64,000 bases of DNA, taken from assembly GCA_943788725.1 (NCBI GenBank), contig CALSRJ010000001.1, positions 492,861 to 556,860 of the forward strand. Reading direction: 5' to 3'. The notes beneath the pieces are model-generated. The model saw nothing but the letters and a program-made list of their open reading frames with translations. It was not told the origin of the DNA and did no database searches. Below are positions 46,723-56,734 of this stretch, piece by piece. The position numbers were made by a program, and so were the translations under genes. Source of the stretch: an uncultured Flavobacteriales bacterium (lineage in GTDB: Bacteria; Bacteroidota; Bacteroidia; Flavobacteriales_G; Salibacteraceae). Each line of letters opens with the position of its first letter. The first letter of the stretch is position 1.

Positions 46723-47366
46723 AAATGGAACTTTTCACCGAAGCACAGGAAGCTTACCACGCCGCAATCATTGAGCACCTAGATCCTCGCTGGACGAGCC
46801 AGCTTTTGGAAGAAATCAATGGCATATTAAACGTCACGACCCCTACAAAAACGGATTCAGAACTCAATCCAAATCTGATTTTAACCAAGGCCAGGTGCAA
46901 GGAAGAAGTAAGTGTTTTGCTCAAGCCACTGGTTAATCGCTTTGGCGCTAATACCGTTTTCAAGCGAGGGATCGATTCAGTCTACTACTTCATCGATCAA
47001 GGAAAGCGAGACGAAGCCATGGATGCCTTTCGTTCGACCTTGGCAAATTACGCCACCCCGGTTTGGACTGACCACAACAGCATGCAGTTTAAGGCAATCA
47101 TGGAGCATACGCCTACGATGAACATCGAGCAAAAGGAAGAAATCATCATTCCGGAAGGCGAGTTCCCTCCTATTCTCTACTTCATCGATAAAGTGGAAGG
47201 AAGGTCTGTTGAGCGCCTGTGCATCCTCGAAGACAATGAGCTCAAGACCTACAAAAAGGTTACGCACAACTGGGGAGGGGTGTTCTACTTTGTGAACGAT
47301 GATCCTACTAAGGATACAGAATGGATGCGCGTGTGGAAGCTCTATGAGTCGCAGCAAGGGAAGTAA
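46683..47366 (+). CDS. hypothetical protein, C-terminal part of a possibly split repeat protein
   Basis: 227 aa. Overlaps the previous ORF by 40 nt in another frame. This frame is open from 46623. Contains two more copies of the module. Confidence 0.55.
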   Translation: MLKGRLADCRHFVEMELFTEAQEAYHAAIIEHLDPRWTSQLLEEINGILNVTTPTKTDSELNPNLILTKARCKEEVSVLLKPLVNRFGANTVFKRGIDSVYYFIDQGKRDEAMDAFRSTLANYATPVWTDHNSMQFKAIMEHTPTMNIEQKEEIIIPEGEFPPILYFIDKVEGRSVERLCILEDNELKTYKKVTHNWGGVFYFVNDDPTKDTEWMRVWKLYESQQGK

Positions 47367-47368
47367 AT

Positions 47369-47779
47369 CTAAACCCCTCGAGCTTTACGCGCATCGATGA
47401 CGGCAGCTTCGAACAAGTATTGGCGAATCGCGTCAATGGGAGCGTCTTTCCAATCCTTCACCTCTATATAACACACCTGCTTGCGGTCACCCCGCAGCAG
47501 AATGCCGTATTCATCTGTCAATAAATGCCCTTGCATAAAGCCGATACGCACGCCTTCATAGCTTCGCTTGCTCCCCCAGGCTATTGCGCCAGGCCAAATG
47601 AAACAGACTCCTCGATGCAAGCGATAGAAAGGAACATTGTATGAAAGCCTTTCTTGGATGTTGGGAATGCACTCGAGGATAAGGCTCCGCAGACGTTCGG
47701 TAATGAGCAATTCATCCTCTGGAAGAAAATCTAACATCTCTTCAACGGAGCGGAATTTTATGGGTTGCATTTTCGGCAT
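47369..47779 (-). CDS. DUF1801 (YdhG-like) domain protein
   Basis: 136 aa. ERLRSLILECIPNIQERLSYNVPFYRL is a DUF1801-type sequence. Confidence 0.7.
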   Translation of the reverse strand: MPKMQPIKFRSVEEMLDFLPEDELLITERLRSLILECIPNIQERLSYNVPFYRLHRGVCFIWPGAIAWGSKRSYEGVRIGFMQGHLLTDEYGILLRGDRKQVCYIEVKDWKDAPIDAIRQYLFEAAVIDARKARGV

Positions 47780-47848
47780 GCTGCAATGGATTCATCCACC
47801 TACATAACGGCAGGAGAAAACGAACGTTCAAAGCGCGGTCTTCGCGTT

Positions 47849-48487
47849 TTAATCCTTCACTGACCAACCGTTCTCCTCATCGTAGGTCGGCAATTTAATG
47901 CCAAATCGATACGTGAGGTGACGGATGAGAAAGATGACGACAATGGTGAGCGGAATGTTGATTTCTTCAGGGACCGAAAAGGCTCTCAAAACGAAGAAGA
48001 GCAATCCCCCGCTTGCTCCTGCCAAAGCATAAATCTCCTTACGCGTCAAAAGCATCGGTTTTTCTCCCGTGATCAAATCCCGAATAAGACCGCCAAAGGT
48101 CGCCGATATAGTACCGAGCGAAATGCACATGAAAATACTGTAGTCGTGTTCCAGCCCTTTTTGAATCCCAGCCATGGTGAAGAGTCCCAATCCTGCAGCA
48201 TCAAAGAGGTAAACAAAATAGCTCAATCGGTTCATGTATGGATTGAGAATGATCGCGGAGACGGCACCTACGATGATGGTAATGATCAATGCATTATTGC
48301 CCATCCATTCTACAGGCGTATCGCCGATGAGCACATCACGCAGTGTACCTCCCCCAATTGCCGTAACAAAAGCCAAGACAAAAACTCCGAACAAATCAAA
48401 GCGTTTCTTAATAGCCAACGTGGCGCCCGATACCGCAAACGCGAGCGTTCCGAGGGTGTCGAGAATGGAGAAAATGGAGATTTCCAC
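47849..48487 (-). CDS. UPF0126/TRIC-family membrane protein (YadS/YicG-like)
   Basis: 212 aa with a GTG start. Duplicated motif TLGTLAFAVSGATLAIKK...AIGGGTLRDVL and ...TFGGLIRDL. Confidence 0.82.
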   Translation of the reverse strand: MEISIFSILDTLGTLAFAVSGATLAIKKRFDLFGVFVLAFVTAIGGGTLRDVLIGDTPVEWMGNNALIITIIVGAVSAIILNPYMNRLSYFVYLFDAAGLGLFTMAGIQKGLEHDYSIFMCISLGTISATFGGLIRDLITGEKPMLLTRKEIYALAGASGGLLFFVLRAFSVPEEINIPLTIVVIFLIRHLTYRFGIKLPTYDEENGWSVKD

Positions 48488-48509
48488 AGGTCAAAGGTAG
48501 AGGAGACTT

Positions 48510-50084
48510 CTACAAGACGGTCAGTCGCTGCATTTTGGTTCCAGCAGCCGTCTTCACCTCAACGAGGTACATTCCATTGGCCAGACCGGAAACGTCCATC
48601 ACAGAAGCATTGCTGCTGATTGCTTGACTAGAAAATTCCACCAAGGTTCCGGAAACCGTCATCAAACGAATCGCTTCGATGGCTGCAGTTGCTCTCACTT
48701 GCACCGCATCTTGCGCTGGGTTCGGATAAACCGTCACACCAAAATCAAGTTGCTTCTCAGAGATGCCGGTTGGCCAATTGCTGAGTCCTACGTCTTGAAT
48801 GGTCACTTCACCGTTCTTCAGCACTACCCCAGACACTATGGTCTCGAAGTAACCGTCAGCGGTTACACGCAGGCTGTACGTACCTGAATCAATGACTGAA
48901 GTGGCGTAATTTCCGATGATGTCTCCATCCACTATAAGGGTGTCTTCAATGACCTCTATGGTAGGGAAGAAGATTTCGTCGCCCGTATGAATATCATACA
49001 CTGAACCTTCCAAGTAGCAGCCGTGCAAGTAGGTTGGCTTCAACACATACAATCCCATTTCCATGTCAGAAATCAACAGCTTTCCAGAAGGCAACCAAGG
49101 ATATGCACCCCAGGCTCCGTTGTAACCATCACCATTGTAGTTAGGTGATGTATCATAACGCCCTACCTCCAACATGTTGTTTGGTCGCAACACACTCAGA
49201 ATGCTCACCCCTATCGTGTAATGAGAGGTGATGAGAAAGTCGTTCATGAAATGCGTATTGTGAGGGATGACATCTTCTTCAAGCGGTTCCCAGACGTCGA
49301 TCTCTGTTGGATTCATAACATCCGACACATCGTAAGCTCCGATGCTTCCGTCCGTGACTTCGTCTGTAGTGAAAATGTAATTGTTGTCATCTGAAAACCA
49401 GAGGTTGTGCGTAAACGCACTTGGCGTTTTCCAAGAGGAAATCAACTCTGGATTCTCCTTGTCACTCACATCAATAACCTGTGCGTCTCCAATGAAAATG
49501 GCTCCGCCCCACAAGGTGTCTCCGCGCACTACTCCGTCGTGCAGGTAGTGCTCATCGTAAATACCCAATTCAACGGGATCCATTGGATCAACGTTCAGGT
49601 CAAGGAAAATCGCGCCTCCAGCAGAATAGTTAGCTCCAAAAATGTATGCAATGCCATTTTCGTCGATGTAGATGTTGTGCGCACTTTGAAAATCGAAGGT
49701 GTCACCTACCCAATAGCTATACGGCAAAGACGTGCTCTGGGGCAGCGGAGAAAGATCGATGATCAACAGTCCGTTGCCACAATTGTCACAAACAACATAC
49801 GCATGATCATTCCATACTTTGATGTCGCGCCAGATGGTCCAGTTGCCATTGAATTCACCTACTGAATTCAGGTTAGAAGTATCGGTCACATCGATGATCG
49901 AAACGCCCCCATTTCTACCTACGATCGCATATTCATTGCCATCTTCATCCACGTATCCCCAAACATCACTCAATTCTTCCGTGAATGGCTTGTGCGCCAT
50001 CAACTCAATGTTGAAATCATCTACGGTCTGGGCCTTTGCAGACATAAGAATCAAGCAAAGGAATGGGAGTATCAATTTTTTCAT
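48510..50084 (-). CDS. LVIVD-repeat / choice-of-anchor-B-like secreted protein with T9SS type-A C-terminal sorting domain
   Basis: 524 aa with a signal peptide. Beta-propeller-type repeats such as WGYVDEDGNEYAIVG...IIDVTD. C-terminus VYPNPAQDAVQV...GMYLVEVKTAAGTKMQRLTVL is a Por secretion tail. Confidence 0.78.
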   Translation of the reverse strand: MKKLILPFLCLILMSAKAQTVDDFNIELMAHKPFTEELSDVWGYVDEDGNEYAIVGRNGGVSIIDVTDTSNLNSVGEFNGNWTIWRDIKVWNDHAYVVCDNCGNGLLIIDLSPLPQSTSLPYSYWVGDTFDFQSAHNIYIDENGIAYIFGANYSAGGAIFLDLNVDPMDPVELGIYDEHYLHDGVVRGDTLWGGAIFIGDAQVIDVSDKENPELISSWKTPSAFTHNLWFSDDNNYIFTTDEVTDGSIGAYDVSDVMNPTEIDVWEPLEEDVIPHNTHFMNDFLITSHYTIGVSILSVLRPNNMLEVGRYDTSPNYNGDGYNGAWGAYPWLPSGKLLISDMEMGLYVLKPTYLHGCYLEGSVYDIHTGDEIFFPTIEVIEDTLIVDGDIIGNYATSVIDSGTYSLRVTADGYFETIVSGVVLKNGEVTIQDVGLSNWPTGISEKQLDFGVTVYPNPAQDAVQVRATAAIEAIRLMTVSGTLVEFSSQAISSNASVMDVSGLANGMYLVEVKTAAGTKMQRLTVL

Positions 50085-50117
50085 AAATGCTAGTTAGGGT
50101 TGCAAATAAACACAAGA

Positions 50118-53033
50118 TCAGAGCTCAAGCGTAATCTGAGAGCCGGCCCCGAAGGTATCATTATCATCATCCTTGGAAGGCTTCTTTGGCTCATTTGCCG
50201 GTTTTGGTTCTTTTTTATCCGACGGCTTTTGCGCTGGCGCCTCCTGTTCCTGTTTCTCTTTTTCTTCAGACGCAGGTATGGAAGGTTTAGATGGGGTCGG
50301 CGCAGACGATTTCTCCTTTTTTTCTGCAGGTGGTTCAGGATCAGCCTTTGCTGGCTTGGGTTCAGAGGCTTCTTCTTTTTCAGCCGCTGCCTCTTCCTGA
50401 TCGTCCATTCCAGACTCAACTTCTTCACTCATACTCTCTGAGCCACCGTCACCATTCCCCTGGGGCTCAGGGTCGTCATCGAGTTCCTCATTGGATACGT
50501 CGTCTTCATGGGGAAGTGGCTGCATCGGATCGATCGACTTTAACTTGTACTTGGTCAGTCGATTGCCCAAGGCTTTTACACCTTTTAGATTGATGAATTC
50601 TGCCAACTCCACAATTTCATCATCCCTTTGATTGCTACGCTGGTCAAACTTGAGTGTAACGCGGGGTAGCCAATCGGTAGATACAAAATCTAGGCGGGCA
50701 CCATCTTCTTCAGAGGTGAAATTAACCGGCCTGTCGCTCTCCTCTGCGAGGAATCGCTTTACGTAGAGGTTTTCCTTCTCAGGATCAAAATAGATCGCGC
50801 TGATCGGTTTTTCAGGATTCCACTTTTCAATCAGGATCATGTCTTCATCAAACTTGGTGATGAGGTCGATCCCTGTCATTCGATAGGTTCCGGACTGTGC
50901 AATGGTCAGGATGCGATCTTCTCCTTGGAATGCGCCAAGCAACCTTCCTCTACCGTCGTAATTCAGACGCTTTACGGAATCGTCAAACCACACTTTCCTT
51001 GCTCCTAGTGTCGAAAGTCCCTTCTCTTTTAGTTCAATTTTGTTTACCGCATGCTTCGTCAGGATGTTTCCTTTTGCTGCGCGCCCTTTCACGTCCACAT
51101 CCGCAAAATCAAAGTCAAACTTCAGCTTCTTGAGCTTGGCTTTGGCTCGGTGCACAACGGCCACCACCTCAGCCTCGCCATTGGGGTTGGCGGTCAGGTG
51201 GAGGACCTTGGATTTTGGCGTTCCCTTGGTTAGGTCGTATTCCTTGTCTCGAATGATCGATGTTACATTGAATCGTTTCACCATGATGTTTCCACCTGCA
51301 CCGTCTTGGTAGATCAAGTTGTAGATGGTCCGCGGATCATTTTTCTTCCAGGTATTCACGTAGCGAATGCCTTTCCCGACGAAGGCCTTATCCGCCATCT
51401 TAGTCACCACCAAGACGCCATCATTTCGGATCACAATCACATCGTCGATGTCTGACGCATCCTTTACAAATTCAGAGGCTGTGCGCTTCAATCCGTGCCC
51501 CACAAAGCCCTCTTCGCGATCTACGTACAGCTTAACGTTGTTAGCTGCCACCAAGGTGGTATTGATCTGCTCGATCTGGCGGATTTCTGTCTTTCGCTCT
51601 TTGCCCGCAGCGTATTTTTTCTTGAGTTCTTTGAAGTAAGCAATCGCGTATTCCACCAAGTTCTCGAGGTGGTGCTTCACTTCTGCTATGTCCTCTTCTA
51701 GCCTGGCAAGGAATTCATCGGCCTTGAAGGAGTCAAACTTCGAAATCCGCTTGATGCGGATCTCTGTCAATCGCGTAACATCATCATCGGTAACTTCTCG
51801 GATCAGGTGTTTTGTATGAGGCTTCAATCCCTTGTGAATCGTATCAAGGATGTCCTCCCAAGTTTCACATTCTTCAATATCTCGGTATACCCGGTTCTCG
51901 ATGAATATCTTTTCCAACGATGCGAAATGCCACTGCTCTTCTAATTCGCGCTTCTTGATCTCCAACTCCAACTTCAGGAGCTCTTTGGTTTGTTCTGCGC
52001 TTTCCGCTAGCATGTCGCTAACTCCCATAAATCGAGGCTTGTCGTTTTGGATGACTACCGCGTTAGGGCTAATGGATACTTCACAATCCGAGAATGCATA
52101 GAGCGCATCAATCGTTTTCTCAGGAGATACATTGGTCCCGAGATGCACCAATATTTCAACAAATTCAGAGGTGTTATCTTCTACTTTTTTGACCTTGATT
52201 TTCCCTTTATCATTGGCCTTAAGGATGCTCTCAATGACAGAGGACGTAGTGGTTGAATATGGAATTTCGCTGATGCGCAATGTGCTCTTATCGTCGATGT
52301 GAATACGCGCGCGTACCTTTATACGTCCACCGCGCAAGCCGTCATTGTATTCCGAAAAATCGGCCATTCCACCCGTCGGGAAGTCGGGAAAAATTTTCAC
52401 CTTCTTGCCTTTGAGGTTACTGATGCAGCCATCGATCAATTCGACGAAGTTGTGAGGCAGCATCTTACAAGCCAGTCCAACAGCAATACCCTCAGCGCCT
52501 GATGCTAGGAGCATTGGAAACTTTACGGGAAGCGTGAGTGGTTCTTTGTTTCGGCCATCATAGCTCAATTGCCATTGCGTGGTCTTTGCATTGAAGAGCA
52601 CCTCCAACGCAAACTTGGTCAAGCGCGCCTCGATGTAACGAGGGGCCGCTGCGCTATCACCCGTAAGAATATTACCCCAGTTTCCTTGGCAATCGATGAG
52701 TAGGTCTTTCTGCCCAATCTGCACCAAGGCATCCCCGATAGATGCATCCCCATGCGGGTGGTACTTCATGGTGTTACCGATGATGTTCGCCACTTTGTGG
52801 TAGCGACTATCGTCCATTTCCTTCATGGAGTGAAGGATACGGCGCTGAACAGGCTTGAAACCGTCGTGTAAATGAGGTACAGCACGCTCCAAGATCACGT
52901 ACGAAGCGTAATCAAGGAACCATTCCTTGTACATTCCGCTGACATGGATGACCTTTTCTAGCTCTTCACCCTGCTTTTCCTGATCGGAAAATTCTTCGTC
53001 TCTTTCTTCGAGTTCTTCGTTCTCCTCGCTCAT
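50118..53033 (-). CDS. parC: DNA topoisomerase IV subunit A (GyrA/ParC family) with a ~137-aa low-complexity C-terminal tail
   Basis: 971 aa. DGFKPVQRRILH, YHPHGD and AAPRYIEARL (catalytic Tyr). Lies downstream of parE. The tail is E/K/P/S-rich. Confidence 0.9.
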   Translation of the reverse strand: MSEENEELEERDEEFSDQEKQGEELEKVIHVSGMYKEWFLDYASYVILERAVPHLHDGFKPVQRRILHSMKEMDDSRYHKVANIIGNTMKYHPHGDASIGDALVQIGQKDLLIDCQGNWGNILTGDSAAAPRYIEARLTKFALEVLFNAKTTQWQLSYDGRNKEPLTLPVKFPMLLASGAEGIAVGLACKMLPHNFVELIDGCISNLKGKKVKIFPDFPTGGMADFSEYNDGLRGGRIKVRARIHIDDKSTLRISEIPYSTTTSSVIESILKANDKGKIKVKKVEDNTSEFVEILVHLGTNVSPEKTIDALYAFSDCEVSISPNAVVIQNDKPRFMGVSDMLAESAEQTKELLKLELEIKKRELEEQWHFASLEKIFIENRVYRDIEECETWEDILDTIHKGLKPHTKHLIREVTDDDVTRLTEIRIKRISKFDSFKADEFLARLEEDIAEVKHHLENLVEYAIAYFKELKKKYAAGKERKTEIRQIEQINTTLVAANNVKLYVDREEGFVGHGLKRTASEFVKDASDIDDVIVIRNDGVLVVTKMADKAFVGKGIRYVNTWKKNDPRTIYNLIYQDGAGGNIMVKRFNVTSIIRDKEYDLTKGTPKSKVLHLTANPNGEAEVVAVVHRAKAKLKKLKFDFDFADVDVKGRAAKGNILTKHAVNKIELKEKGLSTLGARKVWFDDSVKRLNYDGRGRLLGAFQGEDRILTIAQSGTYRMTGIDLITKFDEDMILIEKWNPEKPISAIYFDPEKENLYVKRFLAEESDRPVNFTSEEDGARLDFVSTDWLPRVTLKFDQRSNQRDDEIVELAEFINLKGVKALGNRLTKYKLKSIDPMQPLPHEDDVSNEELDDDPEPQGNGDGGSESMSEEVESGMDDQEEAAAEKEEASEPKPAKADPEPPAEKKEKSSAPTPSKPSIPASEEKEKQEQEAPAQKPSDKKEPKPANEPKKPSKDDDNDTFGAGSQITLEL

Positions 53034-53063
53034 TTATTCAGCTTGCGCTTTTTAAGGACCGGT

Positions 53064-54911
53064 CTATGCTGCGAGCTGATCCGGTGTATCTTTTTCAACT
53101 TTAAGGTTGTCAATGATGAATTCTTGACGGGTCGGTGTGTTTTTCCCCATGTAGAAGCTCAGCAACTCTTTAAGGGCGGCATCCTGGCCAATGACCACTG
53201 GGTCGAGGCGAATGTCCTTTCCAATGAAATGCTTGAACTCGTCTGGTGAAATCTCACCTAGTCCCTTGAATCGTGTAATTTCTGGATTCTTACCGAGTTT
53301 ATCCATCGCTTCCCTCCGCTCCTCTTCGGAATAGCAATAGATCGTCTCCTTTTTATTTCTGACCCGAAAGAGCGGTGTTTGCAATACATACATGTGCCCT
53401 TGCTTTACAATTTCAGGAAAGAATTGGAGGAAGAAGGTGATCAACAGCAGGCGAATGTGCATCCCATCTACGTCTGCATCAGTAGCGATGATGACGTTGT
53501 TGTACCTCAAGTTCTCAATACCGTCCTCAATGTTCAGCGCCGCTTGCAATAGGTTGAATTCCTCGTTTTCATACACGATCTTCTTAGACAAGCCATAGGT
53601 ATTCAACGGTTTACCTTTTAACGAGAAAACCGCTTGGGTATTCACATCCCGGATTTTGGTGATGGACCCCGAAGCCGAATCTCCCTCGCAGATAAAGATG
53701 GAAGATTCAATGCTGCGGGCGTGCTTGTCGTTGTGGTGCACACGGCAATCGCGTAATTTTTTATTGTGCAAACTGGCTTTCTTAGCGCGTTCGCGGGCCA
53801 ACTTCTTGATGCCGGCCATGTCTTTTCGCTCCCGCTCACTTTGCAAAATCTTGCGCAACAACGTTTCCGCCACCGCTGGGTGCTTGTGGAGAAAGTTATC
53901 GAGTTCCCTCGAAAGAAAGTCGTTGATAAAGGAACGCATGGACGGACCATCTGGCCCTACATCCTGTGAACCGAGTTTCGTCTTGGTCTGTGATTCGAAA
54001 ACAGGCTCCATCACCTTCACACTCACCGCGGCATGAATGGACGAGCGGACGTCTTGCAGTTCGAATCCTTTACCATAAAAGTCTTTGATTACCCTTGCCA
54101 AGCTCTCTCGAAACGCGACTTGGTGCGTACCTCCCTGAGGGGTGAACTGTCCGTTGACGAAGGAGTAATAATCCTCTCCATAACCTTGGGTATGGGTGAT
54201 GGCAACTTCGATATCCTCCCCTTCCAAGTGGATGATCGGATACAACGGCTCTTCATCGATGTTTCGATCCAGCAGGTCCATCAATCCATTTTCCGACTCG
54301 TAGCGCTCGCCGTTGAAATTGATGACCAATCCACGGTTCAAGTAGCAATAGTTCCAGAGCATTCGATCGACATGCTCTTGCTTATAGGTAAAGGTGGGGA
54401 AAACGGTATCGTCCGGAATGAAGGTGGTACGTGTTCCTTTGCGCGCGGTGGTCTCTTCGATGGGGTGATCCTCCTTCAAGTCACCTTGTCCAAATTCAGC
54501 CACCTTGATCTGACCATCTCGCACCGATTCAACCTTGAAGTACGCAGACAATGCATTCACCGCCTTCGTACCTACTCCATTCAGTCCTACCGACTTCTTG
54601 AACGCTTTCGAATCGTACTTACCCCCTGTGTTGATCTTAGAAACACAGTCAATGACTTTCCCCAATGGGATGCCCCGACCATAGTCACGAATCTTCACTT
54701 CGTTTCCCTTGATGGTGATGTCAATGGTCTTCCCATTGCCCATGACGAATTCGTCGATGGAATTATCGATGATCTCCTTGATGAGGATGTAGATGCCGTC
54801 GTCTGGACTACTGCCATCACCTAGCTTTCCGATGTACATACCCGGACGCATCCGAATGTGTTCGGACCAATCTAGTGTGCGTATGTTGTCTTCCGTGTAT
54901 TCTACTGCCAT
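53064..54911 (-). CDS. parE: DNA topoisomerase IV subunit B (GyrB/ParE family)
   Basis: 615 aa. [33 protein letters not shown]-type [10 protein letters not shown] (Toprim) and [12 protein letters not shown]. Confidence 0.9.
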   Translation of the reverse strand: MAVEYTEDNIRTLDWSEHIRMRPGMYIGKLGDGSSPDDGIYILIKEIIDNSIDEFVMGNGKTIDITIKGNEVKIRDYGRGIPLGKVIDCVSKINTGGKYDSKAFKKSVGLNGVGTKAVNALSAYFKVESVRDGQIKVAEFGQGDLKEDHPIEETTARKGTRTTFIPDDTVFPTFTYKQEHVDRMLWNYCYLNRGLVINFNGERYESENGLMDLLDRNIDEEPLYPIIHLEGEDIEVAITHTQGYGEDYYSFVNGQFTPQGGTHQVAFRESLARVIKDFYGKGFELQDVRSSIHAAVSVKVMEPVFESQTKTKLGSQDVGPDGPSMRSFINDFLSRELDNFLHKHPAVAETLLRKILQSERERKDMAGIKKLARERAKKASLHNKKLRDCRVHHNDKHARSIESSIFICEGDSASGSITKIRDVNTQAVFSLKGKPLNTYGLSKKIVYENEEFNLLQAALNIEDGIENLRYNNVIIATDADVDGMHIRLLLITFFLQFFPEIVKQGHMYVLQTPLFRVRNKKETIYCYSEEERREAMDKLGKNPEITRFKGLGEISPDEFKHFIGKDIRLDPVVIGQDAALKELLSFYMGKNTPTRQEFIIDNLKVEKDTPDQLAA

Positions 54912-55097
54912 CTTTAAAAAGATTTCGGGTCGTTGCGAATTTAATCAGTCGGCGAGCGGTTTCCTGCAGGAAGTGGGTTGTATTATGCACAGTGTTTTTA
55001 ACACCTATCGGTTGATAGTATTCCCTATTTAAATCGGTGCTTTCTTCATCTGTTCACGTCAATACATTTACTTTATCACCCTAAAGCACTTTCAAGC

Positions 55098-55607
55098 ATG
55101 AAACGGATCTACCTTGTCCGTCATGGAAAAAGCGACTGGGACGACCTGAATCTCAATGACATTGAGCGTCCGTTAAAAGAGCGGGGCGTTGCGAACAGTC
55201 TTGAGATGGGCGAACACCTAAAGGAACTCAAATGGGTTCCAGAACTCATCATGAGCAGTCCAGCTGTGCGTGCCTACGAGACGGCTAAGATCATAGCCGA
55301 ACAATTAGATGTCACCGGCGCGCAATTCAAGGTGGATGCGAAACTGTACCTCCCTGATTTCCCTACCGTTTTAAAGATCATCCTTTATTTGAGCGATGGC
55401 TTGAACAGCATTATGATCATCGGCCACGAGCCATCACTTTCTAACCTGATCAACCATTTTATCCGCACGCCCATTGACGCGGTCGTTACAGGCTCTCTTA
55501 CGGTCTTGGATTTTAAGGTTAAAAAGTGGAGAGAGATCAGTCCCGACACATTGGCAAAGGCTGTTCATAAGAGTCGCCACGACATGAACGGAAAAGAGCT
55601 GTCATAA
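55098..55607 (+). CDS. sixA: histidine phosphatase superfamily protein (SixA-like)
   Basis: 169 aa. IYLVRHGKSDW (RHG motif) and IIGHEPSLS. Confidence 0.75.
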   Translation: MKRIYLVRHGKSDWDDLNLNDIERPLKERGVANSLEMGEHLKELKWVPELIMSSPAVRAYETAKIIAEQLDVTGAQFKVDAKLYLPDFPTVLKIILYLSDGLNSIMIIGHEPSLSNLINHFIRTPIDAVVTGSLTVLDFKVKKWREISPDTLAKAVHKSRHDMNGKELS

Positions 55608-55620
55608 GCAATGCACGCTG

Positions 55621-55628
55621 TAGTTTTG
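55621..55628 (+). promoter_or_regulatory. candidate -7 box TAGTTTTG (TAnnTTTG) only 4 nt before the ATG
   Basis: Exact motif match at 55621-55628, with the ATG at 55633. This implies a very short or absent leader. Confidence 0.3.
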
Positions 55629-55632
55629 CACC

Positions 55633-56676
55633 ATGCAAGCACTGGCACAAAGAATCCAAGCGCTGACTCGTCTAGGCGAGGCGTTACGAGAAATTCTCAA
55701 GCACTATACTGCACCCGAACATGAGACAGCTCGCGCTGCGGTCGCCCTCTCCTTTCACAAGAATGGTTGGTTTACCGAAAAGGAAGTCAAGCGCTCATTG
55801 AACTACTGGTCGGAGGCATTGACGGAAGAAAACTTAACGGCTTGGCTCGCCCCTTACGACCTCAAGTATCACGCTTCATTGGACGTTGGACTCATCTTGG
55901 CCGGCAATATTCCACTGGTCGGATTCCACGACATCGTTTGCACGTTGCTCGCAGGCCATCGCGCCATCATCAAACCATCCAGTAGCGATCACGCTTTAAT
56001 TGAATGGCTGATGGAGCTGCTGGTCGACATCAATCCCGAGGCCAAGCTTTGGTTCGAGATCAGAATGAATCAAATGAACTCTTTTGACGCGGTGATTGCG
56101 ACTGGGAGCAACAACAGTGCACGTTACTTTGAGCAATACTTTGGGAATGTGCCACACATCATTCGAAAGAACAGAACCAGCGTGGCAGTGCTAGACGGCA
56201 ATGAGAGCGAAGAAGAATTGAAAGGCCTGGTGGAGGACATCTTGAGCTATTACGGACTCGGCTGCCGCAACGTGACCAAGGTATTCGTACCAAGGGATTA
56301 TGACCTCAACAAAATATTTGCCGCTTCCCTTCCGTTCGCTTATGTGATGAACAACAATAAATACGCAAACAATTACGCCTACCATCGCACCTTGATGATG
56401 ATGGAACAAAAGGATGTTTTGGAAAATGACGTTCTTTTAATCACCCCGTCTGAAAGCCTTTTCTCACCCGTCAGCGTATTGCATTGCGAAGCCTATGACA
56501 ACCGCAAGGAGCTGAGCATCAAATTGGAAGCGCTCACGGATGATATTCAGTGCGTCGTTTCGCGGGACCAAATCCCTTTCGGAAAAGCACAACGGCCAGA
56601 CCTTCAAGACTATGCCGACGGTGTGGATACGATGTCATTTTTGCGTAATTTGAGCGCCGTAGAGGCTTCCAAATAA
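55633..56676 (+). CDS. acyl-CoA reductase (LuxC-like)
   Basis: 347 aa. LILAGNIPLVGFHDIVC and GLGCRNVTK resemble the Bacteroidota LuxC-family proteins. Confidence 0.7.
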   Translation: MQALAQRIQALTRLGEALREILKHYTAPEHETARAAVALSFHKNGWFTEKEVKRSLNYWSEALTEENLTAWLAPYDLKYHASLDVGLILAGNIPLVGFHDIVCTLLAGHRAIIKPSSSDHALIEWLMELLVDINPEAKLWFEIRMNQMNSFDAVIATGSNNSARYFEQYFGNVPHIIRKNRTSVAVLDGNESEEELKGLVEDILSYYGLGCRNVTKVFVPRDYDLNKIFAASLPFAYVMNNNKYANNYAYHRTLMMMEQKDVLENDVLLITPSESLFSPVSVLHCEAYDNRKELSIKLEALTDDIQCVVSRDQIPFGKAQRPDLQDYADGVDTMSFLRNLSAVEASK

Positions 56677-56734
56677 ATATTTGTTCGTATTAATTATTAA
56701 AGTTTCTTTGCGGGTTAATACGTGAAACCGCTAG

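Noticed and set aside
47918-48619. 233-aa plus-strand ORF.
   Set aside because: Antisense to the UPF0126 membrane gene and to the 3' end of the T9SS cargo gene. Arg/Ser/Asn-rich nonsense-like composition.
50090-50441. Highly basic 112-113-aa ORFs on both strands.
   Set aside because: These are artefacts of the low-complexity GAA/AAG/CCT-rich DNA that encodes the ParC tail.
54033-54824. 263-aa plus-strand ORF.
   Set aside because: Entirely antisense to the well-supported parE gene. The sequence is low-information and no motifs were seen.
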